Shown here: one piece after another, positions 39,928 to 48,998 of the stretch
Layout of the letters: each line of letters opens with the position of its first letter
Position numbering within the stretch: the first letter of the stretch is position 1
Assembly: GCF_009914755.1 (NCBI RefSeq)
Contig: NC_060937.1
Reading direction: 5' to 3' (one strand)
Length of the DNA: 64,000 nucleotides
DNA from: the human T2T-CHM13v2.0 reference genome, Homo sapiens
Notes under the pieces: generated by a model
The model's input: only the letters and a program-made list of their open reading frames with translations
Database searches by the model: none
What the model was told of the DNA's origin: nothing
Made by a program: the position numbers and the translations under genes

Positions 39928-42762
39928 TCACCGGTAGTGTGTCCCGCAGGGATGCCGACCTGCTCGAGCGTCGTGCCAGCATGGGCTCTGGCAGCCACGT
40001 GGGCCAGCAGGAGAGTCCCGCTGCACAGCTGCGGGGTGAGGATAGACTGGGTGGTGATATCGGCCATGACAGGGGCCTCTTTTGCTGGCAAGAGTGTGAC
40101 AGTAGCAAGTAGATGGACAGGCCTGCGTGTGAGGACGGAATGCAGGAGGGGCTCTTGTGCGGCTGCGTGTGGGGCCCTCACGGGAACCATGGAGTAATGG
40201 CCAGGTAACTGCGTCATGTGGGCTAGTAGATTGGCCAGGGATTCGAACTGAAGGACAATAACGGGGAGTAGCTGTCAGGCCCTGGGAGTGTCTGAGTGTA
40301 AGTGGAGATGGGTTTGGGGTCACTGAGGGATGCGTGGGAGCCATCCCTGTATAGGTACAGGTCATAGGGAGATAGTCTCGTGTGGCCTGTGAGTGTCTAG
40401 GGTTGTCCTGGGTGCCTGGGGCTGACTGTGGCAGAAATCTGGGGAAGGCTGGAGAGAAGTTGGGAGACCCAGGAGAGTCCCTGAAGGCAGGGGGTGAAGA
40501 GGTGAAAGAAATGGTGGAGGGTTGCAGTAAGGTCCGTGAGTTTGTATGTGATTCCTGGGTGCGGGAAGCTGACTCCACGTGAAATCTGGAGATGGTTGGA
40601 GAGTAGCTGAGAGAGACAGAAGAGTCCCTGAGGGCTGGGGATGAGAACATGAGGGAGACTGGGGAGTAAGTCAGTGAAATTCGTGAGTTCGGTGGTGTAT
40701 CGTGGGTGCCTGGAACTGACTCCAGCTGGAATCTAGAGAAGTTTTGAGAGTAGCTGAAAGAGACACGAGAGTCCCTGTGGGCTGAGGGCAAAGACCTGAG
40801 AGAGACCAGGGAGGACCTCAGTGAAGTCTGTGAGTCCGTAGGTGATTCTGGAGTGTGGGAGGCTGACTCCCGCTGAAATCTGGGCGTGGTGGGAGAGTAG
40901 CTGGGACATACAGGAGAGTCCCAGGGGGCTGGGGGTGAAGACATGAGAGAGACTGGGAAGTAACTCAGTGAAACTGCTGAGTTTGTAGGTGATACCTGGG
41001 TGCCTGGAACTGACTCCCGCTGAAATCTGGGCATGGTTGGAGAATAGCTGGGACCCACAGGAGAGTCCCTGAGGGCTGGGGGTGAAGACATGAGAGAGAC
41101 CGGGGAGTAACTGCGTGAAACTGATGAGTTTGGTGGTGACTCCGGGGTGCCTGGAACTGACTCCAGCTGAAATGTGGGCATGGTTGGAGAGTAGCTGGGA
41201 CAGACAGGAGAGTCCCCGAGGGCTGGTGAAGACATGACAGAGACTGGAGAGTAATTGAGTGAAATTGGTGAGTTTGGTGGTGATTCCTGGGTGCCTGGAA
41301 CTGACTCCCGCTGAAGTGTGGGCGTGGTTGGAGAGTAGCTGGGACACACAGGAGAGTCCCTGAGGGTTGGAGATAAAGACCTGCTAGAGACTGAGGAGTA
41401 ACTGAGTGAAATTGGTGAGTTTGGTGGTGATTCCGGGGTGCCTGGAACCAACCCCAGCTGTAATGTGGGCGTGGTTGGAGAGTAGCTGGGACAGACGGGA
41501 GAGTCCCTGAGGGATGGTGAAGACATGAGGGAGACTGGGGAGTAACGCAGTGAAATTGGTGAGTTTGGTGGTGATTTCTGGGTGCCTGCAACGGACTCCA
41601 GCTGAAGTGTGGGCGTGTTTGGAGAGTAGCTGGGACAGACTGGAGGGTCCGTAAGGGCTGGGGGTGAAGACGTGAGAGAGACTGGCCAGGATCTCCCTGA
41701 GGTCTGTGAGTTTGTAGGTGTTTCTGGGAGGTGGGGTACAGACTCCCGCTGAAACCTGGGCGTGGTTGGAGAGGAGCTGGGACAGACAGGAGAGTCATGG
41801 GTGGCTGGGGGTGAGCTGCTGGATGATGGCAGTAAGAACATATGGTATATTATTGATGAATGACGTGACTGTGATGAATCTCCAGAGGAGGGCAAGGGAG
41901 AAGACAATGACATGAGTGACTGTCCTGCTTGGTTAGGAAAGGGAGACATAAAGCTGTGGAATTCTGTTGATGATGGATGTGAGAGTGGTGAAGCCCTGCG
42001 GGATGATGTAGAGTACTTCCACATCCCTGGTGAGGAGCTGCCCCTTGGGTCTGAGTTTCTGGGAGGGGAGAGGGAGAAGCTGGGTGAGGCAGGCATGAAT
42101 CTTGAGGAGTCAGGGCTGGGGGACCGCTCATATTCTCCCGAGACCTGTGAGTCTCTGGGGGACTCCTGGGTGCATGGGGCTGACTCCCGCAGGAACCTGG
42201 GGATGGCTGGAGAGTAACTGGGAGCCACAGGAGAGTCCCTGAGGCCTGGGGGTGAAGAGATGAAAGACACAGGGGTGGAGCACCGTGAGGCTCGTGAGTT
42301 TGTAGGTGATTCCTGGGTGTGGGGGGCTGACTCCAGCTGAAATCTGGGGTTGTTTGGAGAGTAGCTGGGAGACACAGGAGACCCCCCGAGAGCTGGGGGT
42401 GAGCTGCTGGGTGATGGCAGTAAGAACATGTGGTATACTATTGATGAACGTGGGGACTCTGAGGAAACCTCAGAGGAGGACACAGGAGAGCCCAATGGCT
42501 TCATTGATTGCCCATCACGGTGAGGACAGGGAAATGGGAGCTTGTGGGATTCTGGTGATGACAGAGGTGAGTGTGGTGAAGCCCTAGGGGATGGTGAATG
42601 GTAGCTCCGGATCTCTGGTGAGGAGCTTCCCCTTAAGACTGAGTTTCTGAGAGGGGAGAGGGAGAAGCTGGGTGAGGCTCGCATGGACCTTCGGGAGTCC
42701 GGGCTGGGGGACCGTTCATAAGAAGAGCCAGACAAGACCCTACTGTTCTTAGGTTCAGACAT
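39928..42762 (-). CDS. Putative 944-aa Ser/Pro/Thr-rich repeat protein encoded by the ACRO1 array (expression unproven)
   Basis: Single stop-free frame over 2835 bp; 48/49-aa repeats DSPVCPSYSPTTPTLQRESVPGTQESPPNSPISL; ATG with A at -3; upstream TATA and GC box. Confidence 0.45.
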   Translation of the reverse strand: MSEPKNSRVLSGSSYERSPSPDSRRSMRASPSFSLSPLRNSVLRGSSSPEIRSYHSPSPRASPHSPLSSPESHKLPFPCPHRDGQSMKPLGSPVSSSEVSSESPRSSIVYHMFLLPSPSSSPPALGGSPVSPSYSPNNPRFQLESAPHTQESPTNSRASRCSTPVSFISSPPGLRDSPVAPSYSPAIPRFLRESAPCTQESPRDSQVSGEYERSPSPDSSRFMPASPSFSLSPPRNSDPRGSSSPGMWKYSTSSRRASPLSHPSSTEFHSFMSPFPNQAGQSLMSLSSPLPSSGDSSQSRHSSIIYHMFLLPSSSSSPPATHDSPVCPSSSPTTPRFQRESVPHLPETPTNSQTSGRSWPVSLTSSPPALTDPPVCPSYSPNTPTLQLESVAGTQKSPPNSPISLRYSPVSLMSSPSLRDSPVCPSYSPTTPTLQLGLVPGTPESPPNSPISLSYSSVSSRSLSPTLRDSPVCPSYSPTTPTLQRESVPGTQESPPNSPISLNYSPVSVMSSPALGDSPVCPSYSPTMPTFQLESVPGTPESPPNSSVSRSYSPVSLMSSPPALRDSPVGPSYSPTMPRFQRESVPGTQVSPTNSAVSLSYFPVSLMSSPPAPWDSPVCPSYSPTTPRFQRESASHTPESPTDSQTSLRSSLVSLRSLPSAHRDSRVSFSYSQNFSRFQLESVPGTHDTPPNSRISLTYSPVSLMFSSPALRDSSVSLSYSPTISRFHVESASRTQESHTNSRTLLQPSTISFTSSPPAFRDSPGSPNFSPAFPRFLPQSAPGTQDNPRHSQATRDYLPMTCTYTGMAPTHPSVTPNPSPLTLRHSQGLTATPRYCPSVRIPGQSTSPHDAVTWPLLHGSREGPTRSRTRAPPAFRPHTQACPSTCYCHTLASKRGPCHGRYHHPVYPHPAAVQRDSPAGPRGCQSPCWHDARAGRHPCGTHYR

Positions 42763-42823
42763 GATTAGGAAACCTGCAGCTCCCAGGGGCCCCTACTAAT
42801 TTTCCAACTCGCAGAAGGAAGGA

Positions 42824-42941
42824 GTGTGTGTGCGTGTGTGTGAGTGTGTGCGTGTGTGTGTGTGTGTGTGTCTGTGTGTGTGCGGTGTGAGGTATGTGCC
42901 CCTTAAGAAAATGGAAATCAACCAACCAATGAGACAGACAC

Positions 42942-42973
<32 letters not shown>
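42824..42973. repeat. (TG)n and (GACA)n microsatellites between promoter-like motifs and ATG
   Basis: Directly visible; mirrored at ~50228-50378. Confidence 0.95.
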
Positions 42974-42974
<1 letters not shown>

Positions 42975-43094
42975 GATTCACTTGCCCAAGTGTTCTGTCC
43001 TGTCCTCTGAATCCGCCTCCAAGTCGCAAGACGCCGTGAGCTCCAAGTCCACGCAGAGTCCGCCAAAGGCTCCGGCCGCTGACCCGCTCCGCCA

Positions 43095-43167
43095 AGATCT
43101 GAGTGCAGGCCAGCCAGGGTGGGTTTAAATAGCCTCGGGCGCAACCTAGCAGCGGAAAGGGCGGAGC
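43095..43167 (-). promoter_or_regulatory. Putative Pol II core promoter of unit 1: GC box, TATTTAAA, initiator-like ACTCAG
   Basis: gggcgg at ~43159, tttaaata at 43124-43131, ctgagt at ~43099-43104 (~30 bp from the TATA start). Confidence 0.5.
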
Positions 43168-43639
43168 TTCACTCCTCCTTTCCGTCAGTCACCCCCAACT
43201 TTCCCAGGCTACACCTCGTAGGAAACTGTTCTCCTACTTTGATTTCATGCGCCAACTTTGGGACAATCTAAGAACTTCCAAGTTTTCTTGGCCAGATATA
43301 TTAGGAATTGTATGCACTGAAACACTGAAAACCAACTAGTGGTTCTGTGGTTCCCACGTTGTGGTTTTGACGCCAGCAGCATCCTTGCCACAATCAAACC
43401 CCGGAGATCCACAGATCTGTGTTGTAACAAGACCTCCCCCTGACCCTGATGCATGGCAGTTTAAGAAGTCTTTCCGTGTAAGCAAAAAGACTTTGAAGAA
43501 AAGGTGGAGATATGCGTTGTATAAACATTCTTTTGCTCTGGAACCACGTGGAGACTTGGGAGCCAGTTGGGTGGAGCATTCGTTGGATGAGGGTGCTCGG
43601 GTTCGGAATATCAAGGTGTGGCTCCAGATAATCCAATCA

Positions 43640-44200
43640 TCTAATTAAGATTCCAGTTGTGCTCATCTGTTTTAAAATTCCGTTTGGGTAAATTCTTTTA
43701 GTCAGACTGAGAATGGCAAAACCTCAACCCCAATTTCCAGGGAGGGTTGAGAGCCTCAGGTGGAGTTGATCACCAATAGCCTATGGTTTAACCCATCATG
43801 CCTATAGAATGAGGTCTCCATAAAAACCCAAAAGGAATGGGTTCAGAGAGCTTCTGGATAACACTTCCTGGAAGGTACTGCGCCCCTCCCCACATGCCGG
43901 GCCCCACATTTATTTCTGAACTTTTTGCAATGTCCGCTAAAATACAACGGCAAATGTAAGTGTTTCCCTGAGTGCTGTGAGCTCTTCCAGCAAATGAATG
44001 CAACTAAATCTGGGAGTGGTGGCAACCTGATTTATAGCCAGTTGCTGAGAAGCACAGGTAAAACAACGTAGGCCTTCCCGTTGTTATTAGTGTGGGAGGC
44101 CTGCCTGGCGGGACTCGGCCCTTTGGAATCTAATGCTATGTCCCGGTAGATAGCGTCGCCATTGAATTAGAAGACACACATATGTTGAGAATAATCTTTC
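43640..44200 (+). mobile_element. MER21-like LTR within ACRO composite
   Basis: tgatcaccaatagcc...catcatgcctatagaatgaggtctccataaaaacccaaaagg...ttcagagagcttctggata. Confidence 0.75.
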
Positions 44201-44344
44201 TGGTCATTTGCTGCATGTCTTATTTACAATATGTAATCAAATTCTTTATCCTGACCTTATGGCACCTGGGTTGAGAACCATGATTTGAACCAAACATTGG
44301 TCTGTCACTTTCTGAGTTTGAAACTTTATTTTCCCTTTAGCGTT

Positions 44345-44655
44345 TTGCTATTGCTTTTTCGTTTTCTTTTGTTTCGTTTCGTTTCTAAGTTCTGGGGTAT
44401 ATGTGCAGGATGGGCAGATTTGTTACTAAGGTAAACGTTTGCCATGGTGGTTTGCTGCACCTGTCAACCCATCACCTAGGTATTATGCCCAGCATGCAGT
44501 AGCTGTTTTCCTTAACGCTCCACCTCCCGAAAGGCCCCAGTGTGTGTTGTTCCCCTTCCTGTGTCCATGTGATCTCATTCTTCAGCTCCCATTATAAGTG
44601 AGAATGTGGCGTTTGGGTTTCTTTCCCTGGATTAGTTTGCTGAGGATAATGACCA
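44345..44655 (-). mobile_element. L1PA 3'UTR fragment
   Basis: T-rich tail then atgtgcaggatg...ggtttgctgcacc...ttagtttgctgaggataatg. Confidence 0.85.
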
Positions 44656-45396
44656 CACATCACCACTGTTTTTGTTTTGTAGTATAAAGAGTAGCATTTT
44701 ATTGAATAAGATTTGCTCACAGAAAAATAAACTTAAATCTACAATGAATGCCAGACTCTACAGCAGAAAGCAATTTTCTCACTTTTCCACACACAATGGT
44801 TCCTACTAAGTGAAAAAAAGCCATAAAATTTCATTCACAAATGTACTAATTTTTCTCAAAACATCTCACATAATCATGCAGTGTACTAAAGCCATTAGAT
44901 CAGTGCTTCAGTCAGGTTAAAGAAGTATCCCTCTAATAATTGACTTTTATAATGCTATCAATGTCCGCTCCCAATCAGTCTGCCATTGTTAATGGTGTAC
45001 AGCATTACTGTATACAATGGAATTGATGACACCCATATCCACGGACAAACCGTGACTTATGATGGTTTGATTCATGATTTTTCAACGTTATGATGGGTTT
45101 ATTGGAATATTAGATGCGTTTCTGAGTTACACCGGTTTATGAGTATGCGACCCTATACCCCAGAAACAGCTGTATAAGGAAAAACAGGTGTACCTAATAA
45201 AAATATGCTTAGTGACTTGCGATAAACCAATAGATGTTCACAACTGATGGAGAGCCGTGAAAGAGAGATAGCGGTAAATAGTTACAATAACACAATTTTC
45301 CTGCACCTGTCGAGGATTTCCCCCAAAAAACGCAGAATGTGGGATGCACCTAAGGCATATGAAAGAGAGAGGGCAGAAGGAGTAAGAGAGAAATAG

Positions 45397-45492
45397 GAGG
45401 AAGGAAGGAAGGAAGGAAAGAAGGAAGGTAGGAAGGAAGGAAGGAAGGAAAGAAGGAAGGAAGGAAGGAAGGAAAGAAGGACGAACGGAAGG
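45397..45492. repeat. (GGAA)n microsatellite
   Basis: Directly visible. Confidence 0.97.
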
Positions 45493-45718
45493 AGAAAACA
45501 CCCGGTGTTACTAAAACCCCCCAAAAATATGGTTTCCCCCTGTGGGTAAGCCTACAATGTGGATCAATCTTGAAAATATTGTGCTACGTGTTATGTCGGT
45601 CATAACAGCTCACCTATTGTGCAATTCCGTTTATAGGAAATGTCCACAATATGGAAATCTATGCATATGGGGTTGATCGCACTAGGTAGTTGCTACCTAG
45701 GGCTGAGGGTCAGGGAGA

Positions 45719-48700
45719 GGGTTTGAGACAGAATGAGGAGTGACTAATGTCTACAGGGTTTTTCTCTGGTCGGGGGTGATAAGACGTTCTACAATGGATT
45801 GTGAATTAAAATTGAATGTGCACAACCACAGGTATACTAAAAGCCACTCAATTCATGACTTTTAATGGGGGAATCTTATGTGGCGCACTCTCATGGAGAC
45901 CACGGCAGACATAGTGAGAGAGAAAAAGGTGAGTAAATATCTGAAACGGAGGCAGAAACAGAGAGAATGAAAAGCCCTGTGAATGGAAGGGAGAGCGAAA
46001 AGGGAAAATGGTCCTATTTACAAATGACAGATGTGAAACTGGGGTTCACATCAACAGTGTCACTGCCAGGAAGGAGGGTGATGCTAGCCATGTCACCGGT
46101 AGTGTGTCCCGCAGGGACGCCGACCTGCTGGAGCGTCGTGCCAGCATGGGCTCTGACAGCCACGTGGGCCAGCAGGAGGGTCCCGCTGCACAGCTGCGGG
46201 GTGAGGATAGACTGGGTGGTGATATCGGCCATGATAGGGGCCTTTTCTGCTGGCAAGAGTGTGACAGTAGCAAGTAGATGGACAGGCCTGCGTGTGAGGA
46301 CGGAATGCAGGAGGGGCTCTTGTGCGGCTGGGTGTGGGGCCCTCACGGGAACCGTGGAGTGATGGCCAGGTAACTGCGTCATGTGGGCTAGTAGACTGGC
46401 CAGGGCTTCGAACTGAAGGACAATAACGGGGAGTAGCTGTCAGGCCCTGGGAGTGTCTGAGTGTAAGTGGAGATGGGTTTGGGGTCACTGAGGGATGCGT
46501 GGGAGCCATCCCTGTATAGGTACAGGTCATAGGGAGATAGTCTCGTGTGGCCTGTGAGTGTCTAGGGTTGTCCTGGGTGCCTGGGGCTGACTGTGGCAGA
46601 AATCTGGGGAAGGCTGGAGAGAAGCTGGGAGACCCAGGAGAGTCCCTGAAGGCAGGGGGTGAAGAGGTGAAGGAAATGGTGGAGGGTGGCAGTAAGGTCC
46701 GTGAGTTTGTAGGTGATTCCTGGGTGCGGGAAGCTGACTCCACGTGAAATCTGGAGATGGTTGGAGAGTAGCTGAGAGAGACAGAAGAGTCCCTGAGGGC
46801 TGGGGGTGAGAACATGAGGGAGACTGGGGAGTCAGTCAGTGAAATTCGTGAGTTCGGTGGTGTATCGTGGGTGCCTGGAACTGACTCCAGCTGGAATCTA
46901 GAGAAGTTTTGAGAGTAGCTGAAAGAGACACAAGAGTCCCTGTGGGCTGAGGGCAAAGACCTGAGAGAGACCAGGGAGGACCTCAGTGAAGTCTGTGAGT
47001 CCGTAGGTGATTCTGGAGTGTGGGAGGCTGACTCCCGCTGAAATCTGGGCGTGGTGGGGGAGTAGCTGGGACAGACAGGAGAGTCCCAGGGTGCTGGGGG
47101 TGAAGACATGAGAGAGACTGGGGAGTAACTCAGTGAAACTGCTGAGTTTGTAGGTGATACCTGGGTGCCTGGAACTGACTCCCGCTGAAATCTGGGCATG
47201 GTTGGAGAGTAGCTGGGACACACAGGAGAGTCCCTGAGGGCTGGGGGTGAAGACATGAGATAGACCGGGGAGTAACTGAGTGAAACTGGTGAGTTTGGTG
47301 GTGATTCCGGGGTGCCTGGAACTCACTCCAGCTGAAATGTGGGCGAGGTTGGAGAGTAGCTGGGACAGACGGGAGAGTCCCTGAGGGATGGTGAAGACAT
47401 GAGAGAGACTGGGGAGTAACTGAGTGAAACTGGTGAGTTTGGTGGTGATTTCTGGGTGCCTTCAACGGACTCCCGCTGAAGTGTGGGCGTGCTTGGAGAG
47501 TAGCTGGGACAGACAGGCCAGTCCCTGAGGGCTGGTGAAGACATGAGAGAGACTGGAGAGTAATTGAGTGAAATTGGTGAGTTTGGTGGTGATTCCTGGG
47601 TGCCTGGAACTGACTCCCGCTGAAGTGTGGGCGTGGTTGGAGAGTAGCTGGGACACACAGGAGAGTCCCTGAGGGATGGTGAAGACATGAGAGAGACTGG
47701 GGAGTAACGCAGTGAAATTGGTGAGTTTGGTGGTGATTTCTGGGTGCCTGCAACGGACTCCCGCTGAAGTGTGGGCGTGTTTGGAGAGTAGCTGGGACAG
47801 ACAGGCGAGTCCCTGAGAGTTGGAGATAAAGACGTGCTAGAGACTGGGGAGTAACTCAGTGAAAGTGGTGGGCTTGGCGGTGATGCCTGGGTTCCTGGAA
47901 CTGTCCCGCGCTGAAATGTGGGCGTGGTTGGAGAGTAGCTGGGACAGACTGGAGGGTCCGTAAGGGCTGGGGGTGAAGACGTGAGAGAGACTGGCCAGGA
48001 TCTCCCTGAGGTCTGTGAGTTTGTAGGTGTTTCTGGGGTGTGGGGTACAGACTCCCGCTGAAATGTGGGCGTGGTTGGAGAGTAGCTGGGACAGACAGGA
48101 GAGTCATGGGTGGCTGGGGGTGAGCTGCTGGATGATGGCAGTAAGAACATATGGTATATTATTGATGAATGAGGTGACTGTGAAGAATCTCCAAAGGAGG
48201 ACACGGGAGAACACAATGACATGAGTGACTGTCCTGCTTGGTTAGGAAAGGGAAACGTAAAGCTGTGGAATTCTGTTGATGATGGATGTGAGAGTGGTGA
48301 AGCCATGCGGGATGATGTAGAGTACTTCCACATCCCTGGTGAGGAGCTGCCCCTTGGGTCTGAGTTTCTGGGAGGGGAGAGGGAGAAGCTGGGTGAGGCA
48401 GGCATGAATCTTGAGGAGTCAGGGCTGGGGGACCGCTCATATTCTCCCGAGACCTGTGAGTCTCTGGGGGACTCCTGGGTGCATGGGGCTGACTCCCGCA
48501 GGAACCTGGGGATGGCTGGAGAGTAACTGGGAGCCACAGGAGAGTCCCTGAGGCCTGGGGGTGAAGAGATGAAAGACACAGGGGTGGAGCACCGTGAGGC
48601 TCGTGAGTTTGTAGGTGATTCCTGGGTGTGGGGGGCTGACTCCAGCTGAAATCTGGGGTTGTTTGGAGAGTAGCTGGGAGACACAGGAGACCCCCCGAGA

Positions 48701-48998
48701 GCTGGGGGTGAGCTGCTGGGTGATGGCAGTAAGAACATGTGGTATATTATTGATGAACCTGGGGACTCTGAGGAATCCTCAGAGGAGGACACAGGAGAGC
48801 CCGATGGCTTCATTGATTGCCCATCACGGTGAGGACAGGGAAATGGGAGCTTGTGGGATTCTGGTGATGACAGAGGTGAGTGTGGTGAAGCCCTAGGGGA
48901 TGGTGAATGGTAGCTCCGGATCCCTGGTGAGGAGCTTCCCCTTAAGCCTGAGTTTCTGAGAGGGGAGAGGGAGAAGCTGGGTGAGGCTCGCATGGACC
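45719..48998 (-). repeat. ACRO1 composite unit 2 (partial; cut near the ORF 5' end)
   Basis: Colinear with 39553-42689 apart from monomer-number differences. Confidence 0.9.
46093..48993 (-). pseudogene. ACRO1 ORF copy 2: lacks first 26 codons and promoter, internal TGA at 47323-47325
   Basis: ORFs 47323..48993 and 46093..47256 are in frame and match the 944-aa ORF. Confidence 0.6.

Larger units (their letters stand above)
39553..45718 (-). repeat. ACRO1 composite unit 1 (complete, ~6.17 kb): ACRO1 array + microsatellites + MER21-like LTR + L1 fragments + (GGAA)n
   Basis: Sequence at 39553 (agggtttga..agaatga.gagtgactaatgtctacaggg) recurs at ~45718; 147-bp monomer fits ACRO1. Confidence 0.88.

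Noticed and set aside
39928-42762. POLR2A CTD pseudogene or a known mucin gene
   Set aside because: Period is 48/49 aa rather than 7, no other RPB1 sequence, and no signal peptide, SEA or VWD domain is evident.
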